Assembly: GCA_032430995.1 (NCBI GenBank)
Contig: GCA_032430995.1_3952.1
Direction: 5' to 3' (one strand)
Source of the DNA: a phage
Length of the DNA stretch: 64,000 bases
Below, piece after piece: positions 51,705-62,446 of the stretch. The notes under the pieces are model-generated. The model ran no database searches. It saw only the letters and a program-made list of their open reading frames with translations, and had not been told where the DNA came from. The position numbers and the translations under genes are program-made. Position 1 is the stretch's first letter, and each line of letters opens with the position of its first letter.

Positions 51705-54245
51705 ATGGCAGATTACAAATTGAGTCAATTAAACTCAATCGACACAATTCGTTCAGAAGACCTATTGCACATCAGAGTTAAGAAAAGACCTGAAATGTTG
51801 GGTGATGAAGACCGTAGAATGACCTATCAAGACTTCTTAGCTTCCTTCAAACTAGAAAGGTTTGTTCAGATTGCTGGAAGCACTATGACTGGGGATTTAG
51901 GTATTGTCAAGTTACTTTACGGTGGAAAGTCTGTATTTGACCCTACAGGCTCTTCTGAGATTACTATTGGGGATATTTTAAAGACTTTTAAAATTAACGC
52001 AAACGGTCTTAAACTAACTATTGCAGATGCTTCAAGGTCAGCAACTGTTTATCATACTCTGAATAAGCCAAGTCCTAATGAGCTTGGTATGAGGACTAAT
52101 GAAGAGAATGATGCAAGATACGCAAGACTTGCTATCACAAACACATTCTCTGGAACTCAAAATATTCAAGGTGATGCTAACTTACTTCGCCTTAGAAACC
52201 AAAATGCAAATAATGCACAATATATTGAAGGTGTAAACCTAGATGGTTCGGCTAGATGGTGGGTTGGTATTGGTAGTAATGGCTCTGACGAAGTAAAGCT
52301 GTACAATAACAAATACAACTCAGCCTTGACTGTTGCAAGTAATGTCTCTGTTAATAAGTCTTTAGCAATCACTGGTCAAGTTCAACCTTCAGATTTCTCT
52401 AACTTAGATGCTAGATACTTCACTCAGACAGTTGCTAATCAGAGATTTGCACAGTTAGCTGCTAATAATAATTTCACGGGCACTAACACGTTTAGTAGAA
52501 ATCTAACTATCATTAGTGACAGTGCTGCTTTAAGGTTGAAAAATGCAACAGCTAGCTCACTATTCATTCAGGGTGTTGACTCTCAGAACACTAACAGGTG
52601 GTATGTAGGGAACGGGGATAACACAGCCTCTGTGCTGCTACACAACTATGTACACGGTTCAAATATCAGACTTGATAATGGCTATATCTCAGTCAACCAG
52701 AACTTCAGAATCACTGGTCAAGTTCAACCTTCGGATTGGACTAATATTGATTCTAGATATATTCCGGCAGCCACATTAAGTACAATTGCAAGAACCAATG
52801 CTGCTAACACATTCTCTGCACAACAGGTTATCAACTCTGATGGTGAAGCTCTTGCGTTAAAAGCAAAAACTGCATCGTCATTATTTATTAGAGGGAAGGC
52901 TGTTGATGGAACCAGCAAGTGGTATATCGGTAATGGTGATGCCAGTGATATCTTAAACCTGTATAACTACAAGACAGGTAAAGGGCTTAACATTGGTTCA
53001 GTATTTGAAATGAATGCAACTTTAGCAATCACTGGTCAAGTTCAACCTTCAGATTTCTCTAACTTAGATGCTAGATATTTTACTCAAAGTGCTAGTGATA
53101 GCAGATACCTGAGAATCAGAAGCACCAGTTTTAATTTAGGAAACGATGAAAAGTGGGCTAAAATCGCTACTGTTGTAATGCCACAATCAACATCTACAGC
53201 AGTTATTGAGGTTTTTGGAGGTGCTGGTTTTAATGCGAATAACCCATACCAATCAGGCAAGTGTGAAATTGTTTTACGAACATCAAATAATAATCCAAAG
53301 GATTTAAATGCTGTAGCTTGGAGAACAGCAGATAATGCCCTCATCACGGATATTGGTTACGTTAACACTTCTGGTGACACTTATGATATTTACTGTAAGG
53401 TTGGAGGCTACCAAAATTCTACGGTATCTAGGGTTCAATCTTCTAGTAATGCAAGTGTACAGTTGTTTGAAGTCCCACAGACATTTGATGATGCTCCACA
53501 AGGTATTGTGAAGGGTACAATTGCAAAATACTACACAAGTTTGCAAAAACCAACCCCTTCAGATATTGGTGCATACACTAAAGCAGAAACTGACCAGAAG
53601 ATTGCAGAAGCAATTAGTGACTCTACAGACCTGAATAAAATCTATCCAGTAGGTATTGTAACGTGGTTTAACAGTAATGTTAACCCTAATACAGCACTTC
53701 CTGGGTTAACTTGGACGTACCTGAATAATGGTGTTGGTAGAACTATTAGAATTGCAGCAGCAAACGGTTCAGATGTTGCTACAACTGGTGGTTCAGACTC
53801 TGTAACGTTATCTGTTGGTAACTTACCTTCACATACACACAGTTTCTCTGCTACCACTTCATCATTTGATTATGGTACTAAGACTTCTAGCACAACTGGT
53901 AACCATAACCACAACAGAGGTACTATGGAGATTACTGGTTCATTTGGTTACTTCAGGAGTGACACTAGCAGCTTCTACACAGCAAGTGGTGCATTCCACC
54001 TCGGTAGTCAGGCAGGTTCTAAAGGGTATACTGGTAATAACTTTACTAATGGTATCCCTGTCAACTTCAACGCATCAAGAAACTGGTCTGGTGTAACGAA
54101 TACAACAGGTAACCACAGCCACACTGTTGGTATTGGTGCTCACAGCCACACAGTTAGTGGTAACACTGGTGGTACTGGTTCTGGTTCAGCATTCAGTGTT
54201 ACTAACCAGTTCTATAAGTTAATGGCTTGGGTAAGAACTGCTTAA
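51705..54245 (+). CDS. long tail fiber protein with internal triplicated segment and His-x-His tip
   Basis: 846 aa; AITGQVQPSD(F/W)(S/T)N(L/I)D(A/S)RY repeated three times; C-terminus GNHSHTVGIGAHSHTVSG paralogous to previous fiber. Confidence 0.6.
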   Translation: MADYKLSQLNSIDTIRSEDLLHIRVKKRPEMLGDEDRRMTYQDFLASFKLERFVQIAGSTMTGDLGIVKLLYGGKSVFDPTGSSEITIGDILKTFKINANGLKLTIADASRSATVYHTLNKPSPNELGMRTNEENDARYARLAITNTFSGTQNIQGDANLLRLRNQNANNAQYIEGVNLDGSARWWVGIGSNGSDEVKLYNNKYNSALTVASNVSVNKSLAITGQVQPSDFSNLDARYFTQTVANQRFAQLAANNNFTGTNTFSRNLTIISDSAALRLKNATASSLFIQGVDSQNTNRWYVGNGDNTASVLLHNYVHGSNIRLDNGYISVNQNFRITGQVQPSDWTNIDSRYIPAATLSTIARTNAANTFSAQQVINSDGEALALKAKTASSLFIRGKAVDGTSKWYIGNGDASDILNLYNYKTGKGLNIGSVFEMNATLAITGQVQPSDFSNLDARYFTQSASDSRYLRIRSTSFNLGNDEKWAKIATVVMPQSTSTAVIEVFGGAGFNANNPYQSGKCEIVLRTSNNNPKDLNAVAWRTADNALITDIGYVNTSGDTYDIYCKVGGYQNSTVSRVQSSSNASVQLFEVPQTFDDAPQGIVKGTIAKYYTSLQKPTPSDIGAYTKAETDQKIAEAISDSTDLNKIYPVGIVTWFNSNVNPNTALPGLTWTYLNNGVGRTIRIAAANGSDVATTGGSDSVTLSVGNLPSHTHSFSATTSSFDYGTKTSSTTGNHNHNRGTMEITGSFGYFRSDTSSFYTASGAFHLGSQAGSKGYTGNNFTNGIPVNFNASRNWSGVTNTTGNHSHTVGIGAHSHTVSGNTGGTGSGSAFSVTNQFYKLMAWVRTA

Positions 54246-54324
54246 TCCCTTGTTGACTGATTGTTAAGATGGTGTTAATATTCTTTATAGGTATTCTCAC
54301 CATCTTGGCTGATGAGGTGATTAA

Positions 54325-54519
54325 ATGCCTACAATCCTAGCAATTCTTCTAAAAAATCTAGGTAGCTTCTTCTGGAAACTCATTTTATCCCTTCTAAGTG
54401 AATACATGATTGAGAAAGTGTTCTTTAAGCTTGCAAGATACCTTGCGAGTAAAACAGATACACCTATTGATGATGAGTTCGTAGATAACTTAGAAAAAGC
54501 TTTTAAGGGGGAGAAATAA
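54325..54519 (+). CDS. small membrane protein
   Basis: 64 aa with hydrophobic N-terminal half. Confidence 0.4.
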   Translation: MPTILAILLKNLGSFFWKLILSLLSEYMIEKVFFKLARYLASKTDTPIDDEFVDNLEKAFKGEK

Positions 54520-54891
54520 ATGAAGTGGCTAGAGGAAGCTTTTAAAAATAATATTGGTGCAATTGTAGTTGGTATTTTTAGTGTTATTGGGATGTATACC
54601 ACTATGCAAGTCTCAAGTGGTAAGCAGGAAGTGTCTGTCACAACAAAGTTACAGCAGCTAGATAATTATTCCAAAAGTAACTATTCAGCTATTCGTGATT
54701 TACAGTCTGACATGAGATTGATTCAGCTAGGGATGGAGAACCAGAAAGTTCAGTTAGAGAATGTTAAGGGTGAAAACGCAAAACTTACCAAAACCCTTGA
54801 TAAATTCTCTGACAGTGTGAACAATCTGGCTCAATCAGTATCAGCCTTGCAAGCTATTACTGAAAAGAACACAAAGAATACTGAAAAATAA
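54520..54891 (+). CDS. membrane protein with coiled-coil region
   Basis: 123 aa; TM segment IGAIVVGIFSVIGMY then heptad-like region. Confidence 0.45.
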   Translation: MKWLEEAFKNNIGAIVVGIFSVIGMYTTMQVSSGKQEVSVTTKLQQLDNYSKSNYSAIRDLQSDMRLIQLGMENQKVQLENVKGENAKLTKTLDKFSDSVNNLAQSVSALQAITEKNTKNTEK

Positions 54892-54930
54892 AATTTAAGG
54901 CTCCCGTAAAAAGGAGCCTTTTTTGTTTTT
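54890..54930. terminator. bidirectional terminator between convergent fiber-side and thyA-side units
   Basis: A-run, GGCTCC-CGTAAAAA-GGAGCC hairpin, T-run. Confidence 0.65.
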
Positions 54931-55828
54931 ACTTACCTACTGACAGAGGTGCTTCAATCTTTCCTGCATGTTGGTAGTTGTAAATGCCACCAATAAAATC
55001 ACTTGCAGTAAGGTGTTTTAGGTCACTTAGTGTGTTAAGTGGTACACCAATCTCAAAAGTAGGTGCATGGAACTCTTCATTGTTCATCAGTTCATAAACC
55101 TGCTTCATATGGTTCTGATAAATCTGGGTATCCCCAAAGACACCTATCAAGTACCGTGGAGTGTATCCAGTCATCTTACAAAGAACTTCTAAGATGAAAC
55201 CATAAGACGCAATATTAAACGGAAGTCCTAAAAAGGTGTCTACTGAACGTTGATACCACTGTAAGTCAACTTCACCCTCATTAGTGATATAAATCTGAAA
55301 CAGAACATGACAAGGTGCTAAAGCCATTGAGTTTGCTGCAATATCTGCTGCATTCCAAGCATTAACAAGCATGTAACGGTCTGTGATATCACCCTTCATC
55401 TTCGTTACTAAGGTCTCTAGCTGGTCTACAACACAACCATTATGACCTTCAAAGTTTCTCCACTGAACCCCATAGATTCTCCCACCTGCATCTTCTAACC
55501 AATCTTGTTCAGAAGAATAATTAGAACTTAACCAGCGTTTAAAATCATCTGACCAGATAGTCCAGCGTTCTCCGTCATTTTCATCCCAAGTACGGTAACG
55601 AAGTTCACCCAGCTTATTCTCACCATTCAGGAACCATAAAGCCTCCCCAATAACTTGCCGTGTAAACACCTGTTTAGATGTTAAGAGCGGGAAACCAGTC
55701 CTCATATCAAAACGAAACTGAGGTGGAGCAAAAGCAGAGATAACATCTCCAGTTCGTGTAGTACGCAGTTCACCAACGGATAAAACATGGTTCAGGATAT
55801 TTTTGTAACTTGTATCTGCTTGTGACAT
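54929..55828 (-). CDS. thyA: thymidylate synthase
   Basis: motifs RTGTG-like TRTGDVISAF and active-site APCHVLFQ. Confidence 0.8.
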   Translation of the reverse strand: MSQADTSYKNILNHVLSVGELRTTRTGDVISAFAPPQFRFDMRTGFPLLTSKQVFTRQVIGEALWFLNGENKLGELRYRTWDENDGERWTIWSDDFKRWLSSNYSSEQDWLEDAGGRIYGVQWRNFEGHNGCVVDQLETLVTKMKGDITDRYMLVNAWNAADIAANSMALAPCHVLFQIYITNEGEVDLQWYQRSVDTFLGLPFNIASYGFILEVLCKMTGYTPRYLIGVFGDTQIYQNHMKQVYELMNNEEFHAPTFEIGVPLNTLSDLKHLTASDFIGGIYNYQHAGKIEAPLSVGK

Positions 55829-55829
55829 A

Positions 55830-56375
55830 TCAAAAGTGTCCTTTTACTTGTGGAACATAAATTTCAAAAGTTGCTTTACCATCCTCTGATGGTTTTGACT
55901 GTACCTTTGTAAACACACGGTTATCATACAGCTTCTCAAAGAAGTTTTCAAAAGGTAAATGCACAGTGGCCTCTTCAGTAACTTTATGGAAAACAGTATG
56001 GAACACCACACTAGCATACGGTAAAGCATTGACAAGGATACCTGCACCACCAATTACAAAGACATCTTCATCAATAGAGCTATCAAGATACTTCAAAAAT
56101 GCTCCAAATGACTCTTTACTGGCTTTAGCATACATTACATCATCTTTGCCAAAGTCTATACCTAAGTATGGTACAGAATTTGTTAAGATGAGGTTTGCAC
56201 GTTCTGGTAAAGGTTTACTACCCAGAGTCTTAAAAGTCTCATTACCCATGACTACTAAGTTATTTTTAGTGAGTCTCTTAAACTCTTGCATGTCCTGTTT
56301 ATGTCGAGGCCACGGCATACCAGTCGGTGTACCAAATTCACCGTTTTCACCACTTGCAAATATTAGCTTAATCAT
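55830..56375 (-). CDS. dihydrofolate reductase
   Basis: N-terminus IFASGENGEFGTPTGMPW and LVVMGNETFKTLG; adjacent to thyA. Confidence 0.75.
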   Translation of the reverse strand: MIKLIFASGENGEFGTPTGMPWPRHKQDMQEFKRLTKNNLVVMGNETFKTLGSKPLPERANLILTNSVPYLGIDFGKDDVMYAKASKESFGAFLKYLDSSIDEDVFVIGGAGILVNALPYASVVFHTVFHKVTEEATVHLPFENFFEKLYDNRVFTKVQSKPSEDGKATFEIYVPQVKGHF

Positions 56376-56632
56376 TTTGTAAACCCTTTCTTAATGAACC
56401 AGTTGATAACATTCTTCACAGCTTTATTGCTATGGTAGATTAAGTGTGGTGTAGGTTGGTATGAACCATAAGCCCAGAAAGCAATGATTTCATTACACTC
56501 TGTACACCTTGTACTCTCTTCAGCGATATGACCGTTGACTATTTCACTTACCTCGCCTTGCAAGTCTGTACACCCACAATGTGGACATCGGATAGGTGTT
56601 CCGTCAGGCTCATAGCAGTGTTCAATTTTCAT
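56372..56632 (-). CDS. small zinc-ribbon protein
   Basis: CPHCGC ... CTECN. Confidence 0.45.
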   Translation of the reverse strand: MKIEHCYEPDGTPIRCPHCGCTDLQGEVSEIVNGHIAEESTRCTECNEIIAFWAYGSYQPTPHLIYHSNKAVKNVINWFIKKGFTK

Positions 56633-57148
56633 TTATTTAACCTCAAAAACTGGTTCAAGAACCAATATAAAGTCTACACAGTCATCTTCTTCATCCAGAA
56701 TACCATCAAAGTTCTTAGGAACGAAGTCGAAGAGGCTCATCACAAAACAGTCAGAAGTAACCCTGATAGTTCCTCCAATGTTCTCTACAGTCAACACTGT
56801 ACGACTTTCTTTTACCTCCCTCAGAAGATTACTCACAAAGTCATCTAAGAAGTACTTCATCAGTGACTTAAAACCTTTAGGATAATCTGTACCAGAGTAT
56901 GTTTCAATCTGAGGTACAAGCTTAACATTTATACTAGTCTTTGTTAAGAACGTGCTAGAGAACATACTATCAGGTAGCTTACAAACAGTCTTTCCAGTAC
57001 CTTCATGTTCAATCTCAACAAAACCAGCTTCATCGCCACATGTAACTATTTTAAAAGATGCTTCATTATCACCCTGTGAAGCCATAAACTTTTTAAGCAT
57101 CACTTTAAGGAAATCTGCATGAGCATCTTGTAAGTATATATCAATCAT
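56633..57148 (-). CDS. hypothetical protein
   Basis: 171-aa ORF. Confidence 0.5.
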   Translation of the reverse strand: MIDIYLQDAHADFLKVMLKKFMASQGDNEASFKIVTCGDEAGFVEIEHEGTGKTVCKLPDSMFSSTFLTKTSINVKLVPQIETYSGTDYPKGFKSLMKYFLDDFVSNLLREVKESRTVLTVENIGGTIRVTSDCFVMSLFDFVPKNFDGILDEEDDCVDFILVLEPVFEVK

Positions 57149-57161
57149 AATTCATTACCTA

Positions 57162-57521
57162 TTATGGGAACAGACATTTGATGTCATCGTTTTTGAAAAC
57201 GAAGCTTGTGTAGTTGTGACCGTCAACATCCAGCCAAACAGCCTGAACATCTACACCATCAAGATTGTGGTAAAGCTCTTTGATGAAGTGGTCTTTCACA
57301 ATCTGGCTGCTAGTTGTCTCCAGCTTAATGTTAGAGATTGCCGAACCTACAGCCATATAACCCATGACACGTTTCTTCTCAGTATGCTTAATCTTACCAT
57401 CTTTGTAAGCCATAATGAGATTGGAGAGAATCTTCACACCATAATACTTTTCAAGGTGAGTAGGTGCACCATAAAAGCCTAATGCAAAGTTTTCAGAGTG
57501 GATAATGTTTTCACGTTTCAT
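57162..57521 (-). CDS. hypothetical protein
   Basis: 119-aa ORF. Confidence 0.5.
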   Translation of the reverse strand: MKRENIIHSENFALGFYGAPTHLEKYYGVKILSNLIMAYKDGKIKHTEKKRVMGYMAVGSAISNIKLETTSSQIVKDHFIKELYHNLDGVDVQAVWLDVDGHNYTSFVFKNDDIKCLFP

Positions 57522-57522
57522 A

Positions 57523-57852
57523 TTAATCTGCCAGCCTTAAATTAAAATTAACACCAAATTTTTCGCATACTTCCAACATATACTCAAGCGAGACATTTCC
57601 AGTGAGGTGGATTATGTTGGATACACGAGCCTGAGAGATACCACAAATTTTAGCAACTTGCTCTTGAGAAAGACCTCTGGATTTAATCTCTCTCTTAAAA
57701 CGATGTGCAACGAAATCTCTCATTTCGTCTACATCCATTGGACAAATATAACTCTCCATTTCAGCCTCTCTGTCAGCCTCCCAATCATCTTGTGGAGCAT
57801 AAGGGTCAAAAACCTCATTCATCTTTCTTCTTCCGTTTGCGTGAAGTGTCAA
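57523..57852 (-). CDS. putative HTH DNA-binding protein
   Basis: QEQVAKICGISQARVSNI resembles a helix-turn-helix. Confidence 0.4.
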   Translation of the reverse strand: MTLHANGRRKMNEVFDPYAPQDDWEADREAEMESYICPMDVDEMRDFVAHRFKREIKSRGLSQEQVAKICGISQARVSNIIHLTGNVSLEYMLEVCEKFGVNFNLRLAD

Positions 57853-58027
57853 TCAATGAATCTATGTTTGTAGCCCTAACCTTTTCACGTTCATCGTTAA
57901 GATAATCGTCAAGAATCTTTTCAATCTGTGAATCATCTTGACAGATAACTGTAAAGACTGTAAAGCCGTCTGTATCATCAATTATCTTACCATAACCGCT
58001 TCTGGGATGTAACTTTTTAAGAGCCAT
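57815..58027 (-). CDS. hypothetical small protein
   Basis: 70-aa ORF. Confidence 0.4.
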   Translation of the reverse strand: MALKKLHPRSGYGKIIDDTDGFTVFTVICQDDSQIEKILDDYLNDEREKVRATNIDSLIDTSRKRKKKDE

Positions 58028-58028
58028 A

Positions 58029-58412
58029 TCAAATACCTGTGCAGCTTCTGTTTTCTAAGAAATACTCAACACCATACATAGCTTTTTGCATCAAATCTTC
58101 TTTAAACTGAATACGATGATTGAGCATAGCCTGTACATCAATATCATCAGGGTGCTTCTCTTTAATGTTTGCAGATTGCAGGAAATACTCTGCAAGAACG
58201 CGATATTGATAGCCAGTCACCTTATCAGTCATCTCTGTTAAAGACTCTTCAGAGATTGGTTTAAGTAGTTCGCCATTAGCTAGAGCAACACCTTTAACAA
58301 TCTGACAAGTGTCTTCTGGAACACCTGATAAGTCCACATTTGGAAGTTCTGTTGCATTGACTGGTAAATTCATTGCCATAACCATTGCAGCAGCTAATAA
58401 AATCTTTTTCAT
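58029..58412 (-). CDS. secreted/periplasmic hypothetical protein
   Basis: signal peptide MKKILLAAAMVMAMNLPVNA. Confidence 0.5.
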   Translation of the reverse strand: MKKILLAAAMVMAMNLPVNATELPNVDLSGVPEDTCQIVKGVALANGELLKPISEESLTEMTDKVTGYQYRVLAEYFLQSANIKEKHPDDIDVQAMLNHRIQFKEDLMQKAMYGVEYFLENRSCTGI

Positions 58413-58800
58413 AATGACCTCAAAGTTATATTAAATTTTGTATTACATTGAGTATAAAAATAAGCTATAACACCTGACTTGTCAACAGATTTTATAGCTT
58501 ATTTGGCAGATTTTTTATAAGGCTACTGCCATCCTTCCATACCTCACCACACAAGACCAGACCATGCCGTACTCCACATCACCGTACATCACTTAAAAAC
58601 CCTTTTCAAAGACTCTTAAGTGATGTAATCGAATTTTTATGTAGCTCCGATTAACTACCCATACCATACAAAGCCATACCCAACCAAACATTACCGCACC
58701 ATACAGAACCGTACCTAACCTGACATAGCCGCACCTTACCTTGTTAAAAGACCCTCTTAAAAGACCTTTTAAAAAGGAGCCTCCGAAGAGGCTGCCTAGT
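58413..58800. repeat. CA-rich noncoding element, copy 1 of duplicated intergenic module
   Basis: CCATACC / ACCTTACC words; 10-bp-stem palindrome CATCACTTAA ... TTAAGTGATG (58587-58625); homologous to 59860-60190. Confidence 0.6.
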
Positions 58801-58804
58801 CAAC

Positions 58805-59245
58805 TTAGAAAGGTTTTCTGCGTTGCTTGTTAATGTTAGCTTTCATAGCAGCTAAGTGGTTTTGCTGTTCAATTAGTCGTGAACGTTCTTGGTGGCTAAG
58901 TGCCATAGTGTTCACATTCTCAATCGCTTGAGTAGCTTGCTTTAAAGCACGACCAATTTTACCAGACATTTTGCGTTTTGCAATAGTTGCTTGATGCTTA
59001 GGTTCAACCACACGATAACCAACACCCATTGAAGCAACCAGATAAATCTTCTCTTCTTTAAGAAGCTTCTCAATAAACTTCTCAAGTCGGTTTAGGCGTG
59101 TAAGTGCATAAGCCTTCATTTCATCTTCGTACTTAACAATGTCACCTTGATAAGTTGGCTTCACAATACCTAAGAAGGTATCCATCTCAGAATGTGATAC
59201 AGTGTCACCGTAACTAAACTTTGCTGCTAATGCTTTTGTATTCAT
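58805..59245 (-). CDS. hypothetical protein
   Basis: 146-aa ORF. Confidence 0.5.
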   Translation of the reverse strand: MNTKALAAKFSYGDTVSHSEMDTFLGIVKPTYQGDIVKYEDEMKAYALTRLNRLEKFIEKLLKEEKIYLVASMGVGYRVVEPKHQATIAKRKMSGKIGRALKQATQAIENVNTMALSHQERSRLIEQQNHLAAMKANINKQRRKPF

Positions 59246-59247
59246 AA

Positions 59248-59853
<606 letters not shown>

Positions 59854-59859
59854 TTAGTT

Positions 59860-60190
59860 GATTGTTAAGTTGTTTGTAAAGAACCCTCAACAGAGGACTC
59901 TTTAGAAACTTGGTAGATTTTTAACGTGGCTACTACCATCCACCCATACCGCGACACACCGAACCAGACCTTACACCACCTTACACCACCCCACCTCATT
60001 AAAAGACCCTCTTAAAAGGCCTTTTAAAAAGGTAAGTCTCATTTTAATGTAGCTGAGACTAACTACCCATACCTCACATCACCGCACCATACTACACCTG
60101 ACACCACCTTACACCACCGCACCATACCTGACCGAGCTACACATCACTTAAAAACCCTCTTAGAAAGACTCTTAAGTGATGCTGGTGAGT
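59860..60190. repeat. CA-rich noncoding element, copy 2 of duplicated intergenic module
   Basis: ACCTTACACCACC repeats; same palindrome at 60142-60181. Confidence 0.6.
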
Positions 60191-60396
60191 ACCTGTTGGT
60201 TTATGCTGCTCAGTATACTCACCAAATTTTCTATGTCAACAGCTTTTTATATAAAAGTCCTGATAGCTATATGTGTCACGAAACAAAAGATTGTAAACAA
60301 GACACCCATTGCAAAAGATGTGTCCAAAAGCTTACTTGCAACGTATGACAATACAAAGACAACCAGTATAAACAGAATGACTGTACTGAACATAGT

Positions 60397-61536
60397 TTAT
60401 TCATAATCCCTAATAACTAGCCCGACAGGAAACTGTAAAGAACCCTTACGAGTCATCTTCTGGAACTGAACCGTTAAAGGCTTCCCAATAAACTCTTCAG
60501 GATGCTCAGCAAGATACTGTTTCTTCTCATGAGTAGTCTTCCATGAGACATCTACAAAGACGTTAGGAAGAGTCTCTACAACGAACTTGCCATGACCACG
60601 CTTATCAGTCTTTACACCAGTCACTTTAAACTCTTCAGTGTGCATCTTCTTGTGCTTAATCAAGAAGTATGAACGGTGACAGCACTCATAGAAGGAGTCT
60701 TCAGAGATTGAACGGTACATTGCACCTTCAAACTTAGCTTCAACCCACTTATCATGAGCTTCATCAAACTCTTCCCAAGAATTTACACGACGAGACTTAA
60801 CAGGAACAACTTTACAGCCGTCTCTAAAGTCATTCAATGGTGAAGTCTCAATAATATCTCTACGCTCAGGCCACGTCTTAGTACTGTCACAGATATCATA
60901 CCAGTAAAACTTAAGTAGATGACGGTCAGGATTGTCTTCATTTTTAATCATAGAGACAATATCTTCTAAGTCCCACCCATGAGCATAAATCTCACCATCA
61001 AATTCATCAACATCTTTGTGGAGCCTTAACATTGCCATAATGTCAGGTATTAGCTCAGTGGGGATTTTATAAACAGTATTCTCACGAGAGTATGCTGTAA
61101 ATACACTACCAATGCTTAAGTGTCTTGAAATTCTACAACGGACACCATCAAGTTTTGGTTGAGCGTCAGCAGGGAACTTCAGATACTTTGCATGACTAAC
61201 CTTTGCAGCATCATGAGCAAGCTGTACACCTACCTTCTCAGTATTCTGTGCAGACTCTTTTGTGTAAGCATAACCTTTGCGGTCAACTTGTTTTTTATAC
61301 TTAGCAGCAACTTCAAAGAGAGCTTGTTGTTCAGCGTTACGCTCATTCTTTTTACCGATGTTTTTAGGTTCTGCTGTATACTCTTCAAACATCATCTTGC
61401 CATTTTCTTTGCCATACGTGGTAACAACTTTGTCACCTACAGCGACACATGACCAGACGTTAAAAGAGCCATCTTTATTTTGTTTGTATAGAATTGTCAT
61501 TTTATTCCTCTGAGTGATACAAAGTATTGCAAGCAT
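60397..61536 (-). CDS. ATP-dependent DNA ligase
   Basis: motif I KLDG in context KFPADAQPKLDGVRC, resembling T4 ligase KFPAFAQLKADGARC as recalled. Confidence 0.65.
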   Translation of the reverse strand: MLAILCITQRNKMTILYKQNKDGSFNVWSCVAVGDKVVTTYGKENGKMMFEEYTAEPKNIGKKNERNAEQQALFEVAAKYKKQVDRKGYAYTKESAQNTEKVGVQLAHDAAKVSHAKYLKFPADAQPKLDGVRCRISRHLSIGSVFTAYSRENTVYKIPTELIPDIMAMLRLHKDVDEFDGEIYAHGWDLEDIVSMIKNEDNPDRHLLKFYWYDICDSTKTWPERRDIIETSPLNDFRDGCKVVPVKSRRVNSWEEFDEAHDKWVEAKFEGAMYRSISEDSFYECCHRSYFLIKHKKMHTEEFKVTGVKTDKRGHGKFVVETLPNVFVDVSWKTTHEKKQYLAEHPEEFIGKPLTVQFQKMTRKGSLQFPVGLVIRDYE

Positions 61537-61693
61537 TACATGCGTAAAGCTCTAAGTCATTTTTATCTGGTTTATGAAAACAGTTTGCTCCGCAGTGGCA
61601 ACGAAATGGCTTTCCACCAACTGTAAGGATGAAGGATTGAACCTTTCCATCAGGAGTTCGTACAGCATTTTTATGTTTATCTTCTTTGTTCAT
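61502..61693 (-). CDS. small zinc-finger protein
   Basis: CHCG ... C ... CNAC pattern; paralog at 62063..62233. Confidence 0.45.
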   Translation of the reverse strand: MNKEDKHKNAVRTPDGKVQSFILTVGGKPFRCHCGANCFHKPDKNDLELYACNACNTLYHSEE

Positions 61694-61754
61694 TTTATCT
61701 CTTGCCTCACAAGCTATGCAACCTTTTGAGTAGAAGTAGTGCCAAGCACAACCA

Positions 61755-62021
61755 TCAAAGCTCTCTTTCGTGATTAATTGAATTTACTAATTCCATGTGT
61801 TTTTCGTAGAAACATAAACATTTTTTATCTTGCTCATTTATGTAGCTCTCATAAAATTCTGGTGATTCTGGTCTTTCACCAAATGAAATAACCTTTAGGT
61901 AGTACTTCCCATATGTAGAGCTATCTAACCAAGAGTCAAATAGTAATTTCTTAGTATTAGTCTTTGGAGGGATTACCAGACTTTTCTCATACAATCCCTT
62001 CATTTCTTGAGTTATCTTCAT
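61755..62021 (-). CDS. hypothetical protein
   Basis: 88-aa ORF. Confidence 0.45.
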   Translation of the reverse strand: MKITQEMKGLYEKSLVIPPKTNTKKLLFDSWLDSSTYGKYYLKVISFGERPESPEFYESYINEQDKKCLCFYEKHMELVNSINHEREL

Positions 62022-62062
62022 TGCATATCCTTAATCTTACCTAAGAACCTTACCTAAGAACC

Positions 62063-62233
62063 TTACCCACAGTTATTACACTCGTATATGTCTAACTTTG
62101 TGTTATCAGGTTTGTGAAAACAGTTTGACCCACAACGACACCGGAATAGCTTACCATCAACACGAAGAATGAATGTTTCAAGCTCACCATCTTCTGTAAG
62201 AACTGCGTTCTTAAATTTATCTTCTACAGTCAT
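62063..62233 (-). CDS. small zinc-finger protein (56 aa, below ORF-track cutoff)
   Basis: own translation MTVEDKFKNAVLTEDGELETFILRVDGKLFRCRCGSNCFHKPDNTKLDIYECNNCG. Confidence 0.4.
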   Translation of the reverse strand: MTVEDKFKNAVLTEDGELETFILRVDGKLFRCRCGSNCFHKPDNTKLDIYECNNCG

Positions 62234-62436
62234 TTTCTCTTACCACCAATCTCTACGTCAATAACTTGAACATCACCAGCAACATCAAACTTATGAATGA
62301 TGCTTTCCACAGTGTAAGTCCAACCATCGATTCTAACCAACTCACCCTCTCGTGGGACGATTGGGTTACGTTGAGCTACCGTTGTAGTGGAGTGAACAAC
62401 ATCATAACAGTAGATATAGTTTATTAAGACCTGCAT
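62230..62436 (-). CDS. hypothetical protein
   Basis: track ORF 62230..62535 trimmed to internal ATG 62436 to avoid overlap with lipoprotein ORF. Confidence 0.35.
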   Translation of the reverse strand: MQVLINYIYCYDVVHSTTTVAQRNPIVPREGELVRIDGWTYTVESIIHKFDVAGDVQVIDVEIGGKRK

Positions 62437-62446
62437 CGTAAAAACC

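Noticed and set aside
60176-60406. Plus-strand 76-aa hydrophobic ORF overlapping the 3' end of the ligase gene
   Set aside because: Opposite strand to the surrounding block, begins inside the duplicated noncoding module, no obvious RBS.
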